A DNA stretch of 64,000 bases. It comes from a virus. A program made the position numbers and the translations under genes. The notes under the pieces were generated by a model. That model was not told the DNA's origin. It searched no databases and saw nothing but the letters and a program-made list of their open reading frames with translations. Positions 32,897-44,409 of this stretch are shown here, piece by piece. The stretch is from positions 91,524 through 155,523 of the IMG/VR virus record IMGVR_UViG_3300005573_000055. One strand, written 5' to 3'. The first letter of the stretch is position 1; each line of letters starts with the position of its first letter.

Positions 32897-34618
32897 ATGG
32901 CCGAAGTAAACAATCAAAATCAATCTTTAACAAATATTGTGGTCAAAAAAGACCTTTCGGTTTTAACGCTGCCGTCTTTTAAACAAAAGAGCACAAATGT
33001 TCCTGTGCTGCAATACCGCAAAAGCGGCATTTTTAAGCACAGAACATTTACATTTGACGGCCGTTACGAAAAACCAGAATATAATCTCTATGAGATCTTA
33101 GCAGCTGAAGATGGTGAAGCTTATATTAAGCGCACTATACAAAGAAAGCGCGGACTTGCTGACAAAGAGGGCTGGACTCTTGTTGGCAATAACCCCAGAA
33201 CTCTGGAGTATATCAAAAATCGCTTGATGGAGATATCCATCGTATCTAATATACCTATAGAACTGCTTATCAAGGATACGATCGGCGATTTGATAAGATT
33301 CCATAATGCATTTTGGAAAAAGATACGCAACGAAAAGGCATCATCTGGCCGTCCGAGACGTGTAAAAACAATGTATGGCACCAAAATATTAAAGCCAGTT
33401 GCTGCTTATGTGCGTATCCCTCCTGAAACAGTACAGGTCGAATGCGATCCATTTGGTAATCCTATTTCATACAGGCAAATGCTTCCAAATGGTATGTTTA
33501 GCGAAGAATTTGATGCTGAAGATATTATACATTTTACATTCAACAGAAGAGCTGGACAGATATTTGCTGCACCTGCATTTCTTCCTGTAATTGACGATGT
33601 ACAAATGCTGCGGTCGCATGAAGAGAAGTTGCAGCTTCTTACAGACCAATATCTCTTCCCTCTTATTATCATGCAGATAGGCACTGATGCAATGCCCGCA
33701 TCGGTATTTCCAGATGGCACAACTGAAATGGATATCTGGGCATCAAAAATTAACGATATGCCTAATAATGGCATAGTTGTGGTAAGCCATAGACATAAAT
33801 TTGAGGTCATTGAAACAAAGAACATTCTGCCTATAGAAAAATACCTTGAATACTTCAAGCGCAGAGTGATTGCAGGTTTAGGTATTAGCACAATGGATTT
33901 AGGCGAAGGAGAAGGTCTTAATCGTTCGACGGCTGAAACAACATCTAAGATATTAACAGAAGATGTAAGTGATTATCAAAAAGAATTTGCCTATCAATTT
34001 AACTTCGAAGTCATCAATGAACTCCTCCTTGAAGGCTTTATGCCAAATGTGCTTCTTGAAGAGAACATTGTTCGTCTAAGATTCAATGAGATTGATACAG
34101 ATAACAAGATTAAAATAGAAAATCATGCAGCAATGCTTTACTCGATGAATACAATTGACGAAGATGAAATGCGTGCAATGCTCAAGCGCCAGCCTATAAA
34201 ACCCTCCCAAAGAGAAAAACTGTTTATGTCGCTCTCCCAGGAAAATACTCAAACCCAATCTGCTCAATCTGCTGCAAAGGAAAAAGACCAGCCTTCCAAT
34301 CAGCATGGCAGAAAGCTTGCACCAACGGGACGTAAATCTTCTATGGAGGTTCATTGGCAGGATTTAAAAACTGAACTTATCAATCATTTCAGCATTTACG
34401 GATATGATTTCATCAAAATTCCGATTAAATCTTGGATAATTAAACTTGACTTCGGCAATGTTGACAACTTTATTTACAGCAAACTTTTCGACGAACTTGA
34501 CAGTATTGTGGATCTTACCATTGAGAAAGTTACACGCGGCATTATCACCGAGAAAGAATTTATCGATACACTTATTAAATCCATCAAAAATTATATAGGA
34601 CAGTTCTATGAATCATAA
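32897..34618 (+). CDS. portal protein
   Basis: Size and position before the protease; NAFW, DIIHF, YF..RV.AGLG, RSTA features typical of portals. Confidence 0.8.
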   Translation: MAEVNNQNQSLTNIVVKKDLSVLTLPSFKQKSTNVPVLQYRKSGIFKHRTFTFDGRYEKPEYNLYEILAAEDGEAYIKRTIQRKRGLADKEGWTLVGNNPRTLEYIKNRLMEISIVSNIPIELLIKDTIGDLIRFHNAFWKKIRNEKASSGRPRRVKTMYGTKILKPVAAYVRIPPETVQVECDPFGNPISYRQMLPNGMFSEEFDAEDIIHFTFNRRAGQIFAAPAFLPVIDDVQMLRSHEEKLQLLTDQYLFPLIIMQIGTDAMPASVFPDGTTEMDIWASKINDMPNNGIVVVSHRHKFEVIETKNILPIEKYLEYFKRRVIAGLGISTMDLGEGEGLNRSTAETTSKILTEDVSDYQKEFAYQFNFEVINELLLEGFMPNVLLEENIVRLRFNEIDTDNKIKIENHAAMLYSMNTIDEDEMRAMLKRQPIKPSQREKLFMSLSQENTQTQSAQSAAKEKDQPSNQHGRKLAPTGRKSSMEVHWQDLKTELINHFSIYGYDFIKIPIKSWIIKLDFGNVDNFIYSKLFDELDSIVDLTIEKVTRGIITEKEFIDTLIKSIKNYIGQFYES

Positions 34619-36551
34619 AGCCCATCTTCTTGACTTAGATTTTATTTCTGTAAATCATATCTTATATGATCAATCAACAAGAGAGCGGCTGCTCGATGTT
34701 ATATTTAGCAGTTTAGACAGTCAAACAAAACAGGACGTTCCAAAAGACAAGCGCAAAGGACTTATTGTAAGAACACGAGTTACACATGCTGGCAGGCTTA
34801 CAGGCCATAGACACTTGTACCTTCCCGAAAATGTTCGCTATGGGCTTGACTCTTTTACAAAGCCGTTTGGAATTCCTGTGCTTGCTCATCATGATGTGCA
34901 TAATGACCCGATAGGCCGTGTTATTAAAGCATCTTACATACCAACACAGCCTGCTTTTATGTCTGATAGTGAATTTGAATTTCTGGATACTTTAAGTGAT
35001 ATTAATAAAACATCACTTAAGCGTCTAAACAAAATATTAGGACCGCACCTTGAAAATCCGCAGTTTGAAGGTCTTGGATATGTTGAAGCTTTGTTTAATA
35101 TTATTGACAAAGATGCTATTGAGAAAATAGTGGACGGCCGCTATCATACTGTTTCAGTTCAATATGAACCAGCATGGGTTAAGTGTTCCGTCTGCGGAGC
35201 AGATGTTATGCAAGGTATATGTGAACACATGCCTCCTGGTACAAATGTAGACGGCAAGAGAAGTTTTATCATATTTGGACCAATGCGATATGTCGAGGTC
35301 TCCTATGTCAACGTTCCAGCAGATAACCTTGCCTTTAATGTTGATATAACCAAAGACAGTCTATTTGCATTTGACCATAAGTTTGTGCCTTCATCGAAGA
35401 ATTCATTTTACATTCAGACCCAAGACTCTATTGAAAGTATATCATCAATACTAAATACAAATCAAAACAATATAGGAGATGCTATGAAATTCAAGCTAAA
35501 AGATATTAAAGCAAATCCTGATAGATACGAGCTTCTTGCGAAATATCTGCCTGAAGATAAGATTTTAGATAAAGAGAAGCTCGAAGGACTTCAGGATTCT
35601 GACTTCATTGGCGCTGGAAGGCTCTTCCCTGCCGTAGATGAAGAACATTTAGAAGCTGTAATTAAGCTTTTAGACAATGTATACGACTGCAAAGAAAAAG
35701 AAGAACTCTTAGACTTTGCAAAACAAAGACTTGCAGCTTTAGATAACAAAGATGGTGCTAACAGTAATGCTAATAACAATGACAGCAATAACGCCAATGG
35801 TGATGGTAATACCGACGAAAAGAAAGATGTCAATGCAGGCAGTCAAGATGAGCAATCACAAAAGACAGATGCTTTGAAAATTACCATTAATGGCAAGCTT
35901 TTCGAAGTTACACCATCCGAAGATGGAACTGTGGCTGTAACTTTAAGTAAAGATGATGCTGTTGAAATATTAAAACAGACATTGCCCGAAGACCTTAAAG
36001 CTGAAGATGCTTTAACTGTTATTAACAGTCTCTTTGCAACATTGCCATCTACAACAATGGACAGCTTAAAGCGTGCATTTGCAGGTGATATTATTGCTGA
36101 ATTTGAAGACAGAGTTAATAACTACAAGAATGAAATTGCTGCCTTGCAAAAACGTCTCGAAGCAAGTGGTGCATTAGTCAGCGAACTCGACAGCGAACTT
36201 AAAGATTTTTATATTGAAAAGATACTTTCCTACCGTGATAAACTCGATCCTCAGCAAAGTGAAGATAGTCTTAAAGCTCAGTTCAAAGACATGTCACTTA
36301 CAGAGCTAAGAGCCTCTTATAAAACTCTGTCGGTTGTAATGAAACACAATGATACTATTTCACCTGATGCTAATATTAAGAATGATAATATAGACAATAA
36401 AGATGACAATAGCGACGATCATCTCCAGTCAATCAAAGCAAAGATAATTGACACATATAGAACTTTATATGTCAAAGACAGCAAATTTGCTAATCAGTGG
36501 CTCGCTAAAGAACTGAAAAACCTCGAGGAGCGAAAGCAAAACAATAAATAA
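34608..36551 (+). CDS. prohead protease fused to scaffold-like C-terminus
   Basis: PVLAHHD..DPIGRV, YHTVSV, CSVCG..CEH, YVEVSYVNVPAD; acidic coiled-coil C-terminal half. Confidence 0.82.
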   Translation: MNHKAHLLDLDFISVNHILYDQSTRERLLDVIFSSLDSQTKQDVPKDKRKGLIVRTRVTHAGRLTGHRHLYLPENVRYGLDSFTKPFGIPVLAHHDVHNDPIGRVIKASYIPTQPAFMSDSEFEFLDTLSDINKTSLKRLNKILGPHLENPQFEGLGYVEALFNIIDKDAIEKIVDGRYHTVSVQYEPAWVKCSVCGADVMQGICEHMPPGTNVDGKRSFIIFGPMRYVEVSYVNVPADNLAFNVDITKDSLFAFDHKFVPSSKNSFYIQTQDSIESISSILNTNQNNIGDAMKFKLKDIKANPDRYELLAKYLPEDKILDKEKLEGLQDSDFIGAGRLFPAVDEEHLEAVIKLLDNVYDCKEKEELLDFAKQRLAALDNKDGANSNANNNDSNNANGDGNTDEKKDVNAGSQDEQSQKTDALKITINGKLFEVTPSEDGTVAVTLSKDDAVEILKQTLPEDLKAEDALTVINSLFATLPSTTMDSLKRAFAGDIIAEFEDRVNNYKNEIAALQKRLEASGALVSELDSELKDFYIEKILSYRDKLDPQQSEDSLKAQFKDMSLTELRASYKTLSVVMKHNDTISPDANIKNDNIDNKDDNSDDHLQSIKAKIIDTYRTLYVKDSKFANQWLAKELKNLEERKQNNK

Positions 36552-36615
36552 TCATCAAATAATCATCCCATAACCAACTAATTACTTTCGTTAAATTAAA
36601 ATAAGGAGATCCCCA

Positions 36616-37536
36616 ATGGCTCAATTCAAAAAAGCTGAAAACTATCTATCTTCAACTACTCCGATAGTTGAACGTTCGGAAGGTGTAAGACCAGCTCAGC
36701 ATTACAAGCCTGCAAATTATTTGCCTTTAATCAGATTTGACAAAAAAGTAGGAGACTACAAAGTTATTTCTACTGGCAAAGTCATTTCTGTTGACTCTCA
36801 AGGCTATATTGTACCAGCTGGACTGCTCATCGATATTGAAACAGCAATTGCAGACGGCAACTTTAACAACGTTGTCAACAAATATAGCGCTGTAGATGTT
36901 CAAGAAGGCGTAACAAACTTTGCAGGTCAACTTGTTCAAGCTGGCGAACCTGTAGTTAAATCATTCTTCCAAGACGGAGATGCTACAAAAGCATTGATCA
37001 ACTATGTAGGTCTTCCACTTGGAATTGCTCCATATGATGCATGGCGAAACAATGGTGCTGGCTTAGATAACAACCCTGCTGATTTTAGATATGCCAACTG
37101 GAATTTGCAGCAAGGCATTTCGGTTCTCACAAGATACTTCATTGAATTACCTGTTGTTTCTAACTACACAGCTGTAAATTACCCTGGCATTGCAGTATTT
37201 GAAGGAACACCAAAGAATGGTGCATTAGTTACCTTTAACGCAAATTCTAACTTTGTGATGTTACCTTCCCTTGCTGATAATGCTGCAGCTTCTGATATCG
37301 TATCTTATATTAAGACAACTCAAGGTAGAATACTTGGCAGAATATACTTCATTGATACTGACTTCCCGAAAGACATGTTAGATTATGTTAAAACCTGGGA
37401 TCCAAATATTTCTAACAAATCAATTACAGATGTAGCTCCTGGTACTGCTACAAAAGGATTACCAGATAACTTAACATATGCTGGTATTACAGATCCAGCA
37501 GCAGCTAAGGTTGTAAGAATCAATTTATTAGTCTAA
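36616..37536 (+). CDS. head decoration / capsid-associated protein
   Basis: Position between protease and major capsid gene; codon usage like the highly expressed capsid gene. Confidence 0.6.
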   Translation: MAQFKKAENYLSSTTPIVERSEGVRPAQHYKPANYLPLIRFDKKVGDYKVISTGKVISVDSQGYIVPAGLLIDIETAIADGNFNNVVNKYSAVDVQEGVTNFAGQLVQAGEPVVKSFFQDGDATKALINYVGLPLGIAPYDAWRNNGAGLDNNPADFRYANWNLQQGISVLTRYFIELPVVSNYTAVNYPGIAVFEGTPKNGALVTFNANSNFVMLPSLADNAAASDIVSYIKTTQGRILGRIYFIDTDFPKDMLDYVKTWDPNISNKSITDVAPGTATKGLPDNLTYAGITDPAAAKVVRINLLV

Positions 37537-37641
37537 TAACTCCCTCCTGGTGGCTGTGTTATCTCAAAGGGTAGCACGGCCACAGTTAAATAAATTCAAG
37601 AAACCAAAACAAATGTCAACTAAATAGAGGAGATCCCCAAT

Positions 37642-38856
37642 ATGTTTTCATTCAAAGACATTAAAGACATTCCACTTCAAGATTATATCGACACCTGGAG
37701 AACTGGATATTACACAGATCCAGACACAAAAAATGTGTATGAAGTATCAATGGAAGATGCTCTTGCGCATCCAAATAGTACTCAGTTCTTCCAGATAACT
37801 GTTGAAACATTAGTGCGCGAAGCTGTTGAACCAGCTTTAGTTGCAACACGATTGCTTACTAGAGTTAATTACAAACCTGGTATGACTGTATCTTTCCCTT
37901 CAATTGGTGCTATAGTAGCTGATGATGTAAACGAGGCAGGTGAATATCCAGAATACTCACTGAACTTCGGAAGCGGTGCTCAAATCATTACAATCGGCAA
38001 AGCAGGATTGGCTATTAAGTTCACAGATGAAATGAAGAGATATAATCAGTATGATGTATTGAACTATTACTTAAGAGCAATGGGTCGAGCTTTAGCAAGA
38101 CACAAAGAAAAGAAATTCTTTGCTATGTTGTCTCATATGGGCATCGTAACACATGATAATGTAAATCCAAGTCAGTCTGTATTCGGAGTCACAAGAGGAC
38201 TTTCATTAAGTGGTACACCTAATGGTGCTTTAATTGCCGACGATATTTATGAAGCTTATGGTCAGTTACTTATGAATGGCTTTACTCCAAATGCATTGCT
38301 TGTTCACCCACTTACATTTACAATGTTCTTAAGTGATCCTGTATTGAGAGCTTTTGCTATTAATCATGGCGGTGGAGTATGGTTCAACGGCTGGAATGGT
38401 AATGCAGCAGCTCAATATCCATGGCCAAGAGGTCAAATGGGTAAAATGGGTCCTGGTCCACAAAAAGTAACATCTTCTACTGATCCAAAAACCATTGGCG
38501 ATATTGAAGCTACAATGAGAATTCCTGACTACTTTGGACTACCACTTACAATTATCGTAAGCCCTGCTGTTCCATACAACCATGCAACCAAATTAACAAA
38601 TATTTACCTTGTTGATACAGAAAATATTGGAGCTTTGATTGTTGATGAAGAACCTACTATGGAAGAAATTCCAGATAGAATGAGAGATATTACAAAGATT
38701 AAGATACGTGAAAGATATGCTTTAGCTCCATTTAATGAAGGAAACGCTGTTGCTATATTGAAGAACGTTAAAGTTACACCTAATGAATTATTACTTCCAA
38801 CTGTTGCAGCTGCTGTTAATGTTAATGCTATTGACAGAAGCAATCCAGCAGTTTAA
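37642..38856 (+). CDS. major capsid protein
   Basis: 404 aa; HK97-like features (VREAVEP, E.GEYPE, K.GL....TDEM, GRALARHKE, IKIRERYA). Confidence 0.85.
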   Translation: MFSFKDIKDIPLQDYIDTWRTGYYTDPDTKNVYEVSMEDALAHPNSTQFFQITVETLVREAVEPALVATRLLTRVNYKPGMTVSFPSIGAIVADDVNEAGEYPEYSLNFGSGAQIITIGKAGLAIKFTDEMKRYNQYDVLNYYLRAMGRALARHKEKKFFAMLSHMGIVTHDNVNPSQSVFGVTRGLSLSGTPNGALIADDIYEAYGQLLMNGFTPNALLVHPLTFTMFLSDPVLRAFAINHGGGVWFNGWNGNAAAQYPWPRGQMGKMGPGPQKVTSSTDPKTIGDIEATMRIPDYFGLPLTIIVSPAVPYNHATKLTNIYLVDTENIGALIVDEEPTMEEIPDRMRDITKIKIRERYALAPFNEGNAVAILKNVKVTPNELLLPTVAAAVNVNAIDRSNPAV

Positions 38857-38879
38857 TAGACAGTTAATTAATTACTCAT

Positions 38880-38905
38880 AGGCAGTCGGCAACCCCGGCT
38901 GCCTT
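38880..38905 (+). terminator. hairpin after major capsid gene
   Basis: AGGCAGTCGG-CAACC-CCGGCTGCCT; weak U-tail. Confidence 0.4.
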
Positions 38906-38930
38906 AAATTAAAAACCAGGAGGATAAAAT

Positions 38931-39554
38931 ATGAAGTTTACTATCAAACTTGCCACCAAAAGCACTTTTCAAGGACAGGTATTTCAGAATCCATTTTGGT
39001 TTACACGTGATCGTTCTATACATCTGAGCATAGCTAACGATCAAACTAAAGAGATGGAAATTGATACCGACAAGATATCAAAGGAAAACTTAATTCAGAT
39101 ATATAACGGTATCATAGCTCGTGATATTACGTGTAATATTGAAACAGAAGAAATTCTAAAGCTGATAGAAAACACAGAAAAGTCAGCTTATACTACAATC
39201 CAAAGAACAGCTGAAGATATACGCTCTGCGCAAGATGTCAAAAAGGCTGTAGATCAAAATCTTATTGAAAGCACTTTGCAGAAGAGTTTTGGCGATATTA
39301 AGAAAATCCTCGAGACTGAAGACGCATTTAACGACATTACACTACTTCAAAAGCTTCTGGAAGCTGAAAGTGCTGACAAGAAGCGCTCAAGCCTGCTTAA
39401 GCTTATACAGCAGAAAATAGAAAAGCTATCAGAAGACGCAGTTATAGTTGCAGGCGAGGTCTTGGAAGTCGAAGAAACTGAAGATAAAAAGATTATTTAT
39501 GATGCTGAGACTCAGACTCTCAATGACTTAGAAGAAAATCAACAACAGATGTAA
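38931..39554 (+). CDS. hypothetical protein (head module)
   Basis: ORF with AGGAGG RBS. Confidence 0.65.
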   Translation: MKFTIKLATKSTFQGQVFQNPFWFTRDRSIHLSIANDQTKEMEIDTDKISKENLIQIYNGIIARDITCNIETEEILKLIENTEKSAYTTIQRTAEDIRSAQDVKKAVDQNLIESTLQKSFGDIKKILETEDAFNDITLLQKLLEAESADKKRSSLLKLIQQKIEKLSEDAVIVAGEVLEVEETEDKKIIYDAETQTLNDLEENQQQM

Positions 39555-39577
39555 TTTAATCACTAAAGATAATTCTT

Positions 39578-40885
39578 ATGCAAATTGTATCTACAATACC
39601 AGAAACATCTGCTACTAATGTCAGTAGAACAGCTTCTATAGAAATTCAATTTGATAGTCCAGTACTTGCAAGTTCTGTGACGGATTCGTCTGTTGTTGTA
39701 TATACAAAAAAGACCAATGTTGTCCAACCAACATTGGTCAAACCTTCTTCTGTAATAGATAATTCAAAGTTTTTATCCGACGGCGGAACATCTGTTGTTA
39801 TAGGCAAGCTAAGTGTTGACGGCAATAGGATTATATTTAAACCTGCCAAGCCTTTAGAGGCAAAAACCGAATACATTGTTACTGTAAGTAACACAATATC
39901 ATCAGTATCGGGCGAGCTTTTAGGGAAGATTAAAACATTTAAGTTTTTGACGACTGATGAAGATGTCAATATAGAAGAAATCACACAGCCTCTTAGGCAT
40001 ATTATAGGTACATACGTTGACTTTGGCAGCGGGTTTGTATCGCCTGATGATCTTACTTTGCTTTACAGTGAACCAAAGAACCGCTCACTGCTTTTTGATT
40101 CAATAATAGATTTATATTTTTCTGATAGTATAAATCTTAACTCCGCCGTAGTTGAAGTTTATGAAGAAAGCGTGCTAAGCGATGAACCGCCCTCCTTGCT
40201 TGAGTCTGATCTGAGTGCAGATGGAAACCACCTTGCTGTTGATATAAATGTAGATTTACCTATAAATACTTTCATTACTGTTAAAATAAAATCTCTTCAA
40301 AGCACCTCTGGCAAATCACTCAAGGAACCTATAACACTCAGTTTTGTTACGGAACTAAGTCCCTACTACGGTTCGACAAAGATACTCCGTCTTAAAGCAG
40401 GAACTTTGTTTGACAGGATTGACGATGCCTATCTTGCAATGTTAATACATTTTAACTCCATGGAAATAGATGAAAAGATGTCTTCTGTTCCGCAGACTGA
40501 TGGTCTTGATGCTGTGAAAATATATTATACAACATATGCTTCTTTGTATAATGCATTACTTAATAATTCAAGATACGAACTTTCACGTTCGATAAAGAAA
40601 CAACTTGGCGACTTTGCTATATCCGTTGACAATGGACATAAAATAGATTTATACAACAAACTCCTTACAGACTGCAAGCGTGCACTTGATATAGTTGATC
40701 TTTATGTACTGCGCGGTGCTGTAACTTACGCAGTAAGAAACTCAATAGGCAGCATGTCTCCAGGCAGACTTTGGTTTGAGGGCGTTCAGCCTGGTCTTAA
40801 CGTCAAGGAGGATGTTGGTTTATTGTTTAGACGCTATATGTGGGACGAACTTGGTATACCTGCAAACTGGAACTATTTGCAATAA
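39578..40885 (+). CDS. Ig-like (Big_5-type) domains + putative head-tail adaptor
   Basis: IVSTIP...ATNV....IEIQF, IIFKPAKPLEAKTEYIVTV..FKFLT; C-terminal KKQLGDF. Confidence 0.65.
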   Translation: MQIVSTIPETSATNVSRTASIEIQFDSPVLASSVTDSSVVVYTKKTNVVQPTLVKPSSVIDNSKFLSDGGTSVVIGKLSVDGNRIIFKPAKPLEAKTEYIVTVSNTISSVSGELLGKIKTFKFLTTDEDVNIEEITQPLRHIIGTYVDFGSGFVSPDDLTLLYSEPKNRSLLFDSIIDLYFSDSINLNSAVVEVYEESVLSDEPPSLLESDLSADGNHLAVDINVDLPINTFITVKIKSLQSTSGKSLKEPITLSFVTELSPYYGSTKILRLKAGTLFDRIDDAYLAMLIHFNSMEIDEKMSSVPQTDGLDAVKIYYTTYASLYNALLNNSRYELSRSIKKQLGDFAISVDNGHKIDLYNKLLTDCKRALDIVDLYVLRGAVTYAVRNSIGSMSPGRLWFEGVQPGLNVKEDVGLLFRRYMWDELGIPANWNYLQ

Positions 40886-40900
40886 TTTAAAAGATGATTT

Positions 40901-41443
40901 ATGATTGAGAATAACTACATTCCAAATGAAATTATAGCTACATCGACGGACATAGATCTAAGGAATACATTTCACAAAATGCTCTATGGAGATGCCTATG
41001 CTGGTATAAAGCCGATTGGAAGATTTGCTGTTCTTCAAAAGATTATATATAACTCTGATGGAATACCAAAAAAGTCTCCATATGCATACAAAGTCACCGG
41101 TGAAGTAGATATCAAAAATAGACCGCCAAACACAACACGCACCGGTCTATTGTGTGAAGAAAAGCTTGTAAGAGTGCATTACCAGATGTTTGGAAAGTTC
41201 ATGTTAAATGAATTTTTTATGCAGATGGAAACCAATGCTCTTAAACGTGAATTATGCTTTATGTCGTTTTATGATAAACCTAAAGAGCATGACTATCTCA
41301 TTATTATCAAGACAGATGAAAACGGCAACCCAATAAATCCAGTTACAGCTGAAACTGAATATGAAATTGTAAAAGTTCTTCCCCGCGAAAGTGATTTTGG
41401 ACGCACAGAATATTACTTATGTGTAATTGAAACTGTAAAATAG
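40901..41443 (+). CDS. putative neck / head-closure protein
   Basis: Position; C-terminal GRTEYY. Confidence 0.5.
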   Translation: MIENNYIPNEIIATSTDIDLRNTFHKMLYGDAYAGIKPIGRFAVLQKIIYNSDGIPKKSPYAYKVTGEVDIKNRPPNTTRTGLLCEEKLVRVHYQMFGKFMLNEFFMQMETNALKRELCFMSFYDKPKEHDYLIIIKTDENGNPINPVTAETEYEIVKVLPRESDFGRTEYYLCVIETVK

Positions 41444-41445
41444 TT

Positions 41446-42171
41446 ATGAGATTTGTTAAATATACATCAGACATAGGCGCCGTAGCTAAGCAGATAGTAA
41501 GCAATGCTGTTACCAGCTTTGCTGGCCCAATGGACAAACAATTGCTTACCGATTTAGGCGATCAGATTATAGACTATGATCTCGATGACTTTGTTGATGA
41601 TTTATATGAGTTCTTAAATCAATATCAGCAAACTACCGGAGAGTTTAAGGATTTTACATTCAATGCCTCTTATGCTTACAGTGTCCCACTTGACAGTGAA
41701 CAAAATGCTTTGAGATTTCACGTTATAGAAAGAACCGATGCTTCCACTCAAGGTGGGGTAAGCAACCCTCATACAGGGCGCAGAAATTATAAATGGATGC
41801 TGTATAATACTATAGACGACCTGCAGAACCCTGGATATAAAGTTTTAACATTTGTAAAGCCGATGGATAATACCATTGAGCTTGTAAGCTGGTCGAAAAA
41901 CTATAGAGATGCCAATAAGTTTGCTTTACAGATAGAAGATCTGCTTGATACATATTCATATCTCTTTAAGGCAAAGGGGCTTATAGATTTAAGATTTCTT
42001 GGAAGACGCGACGACTTGTTTTATCAAACAACAAGTCTTTCGTGGTATGGATGTCCGATGAGATATTATATTAAAACATTTAAGATAAAACTTGTATACG
42101 AAAAGCTATTAGAGCAGTTGACAATTGACTTTCTGCTTGCCTCCGATCCAAACAGCAAGTTAAACAGCTAA
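41446..42171 (+). CDS. putative tail terminator/neck protein
   Basis: Position immediately upstream of the sheath. Confidence 0.5.
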   Translation: MRFVKYTSDIGAVAKQIVSNAVTSFAGPMDKQLLTDLGDQIIDYDLDDFVDDLYEFLNQYQQTTGEFKDFTFNASYAYSVPLDSEQNALRFHVIERTDASTQGGVSNPHTGRRNYKWMLYNTIDDLQNPGYKVLTFVKPMDNTIELVSWSKNYRDANKFALQIEDLLDTYSYLFKAKGLIDLRFLGRRDDLFYQTTSLSWYGCPMRYYIKTFKIKLVYEKLLEQLTIDFLLASDPNSKLNS

Positions 42172-42218
42172 AATACTAATAAACTACAACCAACGAATTA
42201 AAATAGGAGAACTACGGT

Positions 42219-44348
42219 ATGTTAAGTGAATTCAAAAATCTTCCTGGTATTTATGTATACAAGGATGACGGCAATCTCAGCCAAAGAGAGACTTTGCCTG
42301 GTGGACTAACTGTCATTCTTGGTACAGCTCCTGCAGGCCCTACAAGCTTATACTATGTTACTTCCACTGTCGATGCACAACAGATCTATGATCCATATAA
42401 TACAGGCAAAGGAACATTGTTAAAAGCTTTATATGGAGCCTTGGAGTCAGGTGCAAAGAATGTGGCTTTAATGCGTGTTGGAGCTACACCACAAGCTATT
42501 GACTTCTTAAATGGCCATACTATTGTGCAGAAAAGCTTTGGCAAATCTTACAAATTGCATTATAATGGTACTACAGATTTAATCAGAATTTTTGATGCTG
42601 CATCTGGAACAATTGTCTACGACAACATCGCGGGCATTGACAATGGCGATTTCAATGTATTTGGCTCAAAAGCTCAAGATATTAATGTGACTATCGGTGA
42701 TGCTGATAGTGGCGTTAACTTTGAATCATTGCTTGATTTTACACAGTCGGCATATTCAGTAGCTAAGGATATAGCTATCTCATCTCCTTCGGGTTCAAGT
42801 TTTACAACAAATTCTTCGTTGTTTAAGGCTGGACAGATTGTATGTCTTAAAGAATCTGACGGTAGCAACGCCGCACACTTCCTTGTAAGTTATGTTATAA
42901 ATAATGGCAGCCAGTATACAGTCTATCTTTCAAAAGCTCTCACATACAGCAATGGTGTTGTAACTGAATCTTCCGCTATCAACTTAAGTGCCGACTATAC
43001 CAAAGCTGATATTAAAGTTCGTTATATACCTGAGAATGATGGTCTTTCTTTGACAAAGAACCAGTTATATCAAGCTTTGGCAAGAGCTTACTGGGAATTA
43101 GAAACTGTTGATGCTGATGTATTTATTCTTTCCTGTGCATACTTTGATGAGCCTAATGTAGTTGATAACGAAGGCAGATTTGCGTTAAATCAAGCTGGCT
43201 ATAAGGCACCAACGGGTGATTTCTTGGGCAAAGGATATGAATTTATGCATCAGGGACAGATATTCTATGCATTTAAGAACAGCTTTGATACTACAACAGA
43301 TAAAACAGCAACCATTTTGCCGACCCCATACGAACTTGGTATCGATGGTTACGCTGCTAAAGCATGGCTTAAAGGAACTGTTACTATAGAAGATGCTCTT
43401 ACATGCACAACTGATGCAGATGTTGCTTTAGTACCTGAAAATATTACTTGGCATGAACTTAATTTTGGACATCAACTTGCCTCCTTCCTTGATGACTTAA
43501 GTACAAATCAAACCGATGCATTTGGTGTAATTGCTATGAGACCGCCTGCTAATTTAAGTAAATCAGCTGTTGCTCAATGGCTTGGCAGATCTCCAATACA
43601 TGATACAATTACAGGTGATATCTTAGTTTCAGGTTCGGGTGTGCTTGGTTATAAATATATGGCAGGTTCTCTTGGAGTTCAGGAAGGCTTATTTAAGACC
43701 ACAACTGGATTTGTAGACGGACCAAAAGTAATTGATAGAAACGGAATGCCTATAGATATTGGTAAATACATTGATGTTGTTGCTACTCCGCTTATTGCAA
43801 CTACAGGTGCTTCCAGCAGTGCTTATCTATCTTCTGGTGTTGAATTTTACGGCGGATTGGTCTCAGGACTTACACCAAATATATCGCCTATGAATAAGGT
43901 ATTTAAGTCTAATGTTAAATTAGCTTTTCCGCTTAAGAAATTATATCTCGATGCTCTTGTCGGAACTAAATATATTGTCTTTACTGACTCTCCAAATGGT
44001 GTTAAAGTTGTTGACGCTCCTACAGCTGCACTTAAGACCTCTGACTACAACAGACGTGTCTTATGCAGAATTGCAGGCGGAATATTGGATATTATAAGAG
44101 ATATTGCTGATCCATATATAGGTTATATTACATCGGGTGCTATTCTTAAAAACCTTGAAGACGAGATTAATGCTGCTCTGTATGAACTGCAAAAACAAAG
44201 TTCACCATGGATACTGGCTGGCAAGATAACATTAAGACAAACTCAAGACATGAGAATCAAAGGATGGGCAGTTGCTGAGCTTGTATTAGTTACAGCACCT
44301 GAACTGAAGAGATTGACTATATACCACATGTATGCAAAGAATACTTAA
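42219..44348 (+). CDS. tail sheath protein
   Basis: NLPGIYV, VILGTA..GP N-terminus; sheath-like C-terminal domain (..PYIG....ELKRL). Confidence 0.85.
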   Translation: MLSEFKNLPGIYVYKDDGNLSQRETLPGGLTVILGTAPAGPTSLYYVTSTVDAQQIYDPYNTGKGTLLKALYGALESGAKNVALMRVGATPQAIDFLNGHTIVQKSFGKSYKLHYNGTTDLIRIFDAASGTIVYDNIAGIDNGDFNVFGSKAQDINVTIGDADSGVNFESLLDFTQSAYSVAKDIAISSPSGSSFTTNSSLFKAGQIVCLKESDGSNAAHFLVSYVINNGSQYTVYLSKALTYSNGVVTESSAINLSADYTKADIKVRYIPENDGLSLTKNQLYQALARAYWELETVDADVFILSCAYFDEPNVVDNEGRFALNQAGYKAPTGDFLGKGYEFMHQGQIFYAFKNSFDTTTDKTATILPTPYELGIDGYAAKAWLKGTVTIEDALTCTTDADVALVPENITWHELNFGHQLASFLDDLSTNQTDAFGVIAMRPPANLSKSAVAQWLGRSPIHDTITGDILVSGSGVLGYKYMAGSLGVQEGLFKTTTGFVDGPKVIDRNGMPIDIGKYIDVVATPLIATTGASSSAYLSSGVEFYGGLVSGLTPNISPMNKVFKSNVKLAFPLKKLYLDALVGTKYIVFTDSPNGVKVVDAPTAALKTSDYNRRVLCRIAGGILDIIRDIADPYIGYITSGAILKNLEDEINAALYELQKQSSPWILAGKITLRQTQDMRIKGWAVAELVLVTAPELKRLTIYHMYAKNT

Positions 44349-44409
44349 GTGTTGTTAATCTTAAAATATAACATAAATTAACACTTAACTAAATTAGAGG
44401 AGTTTTACA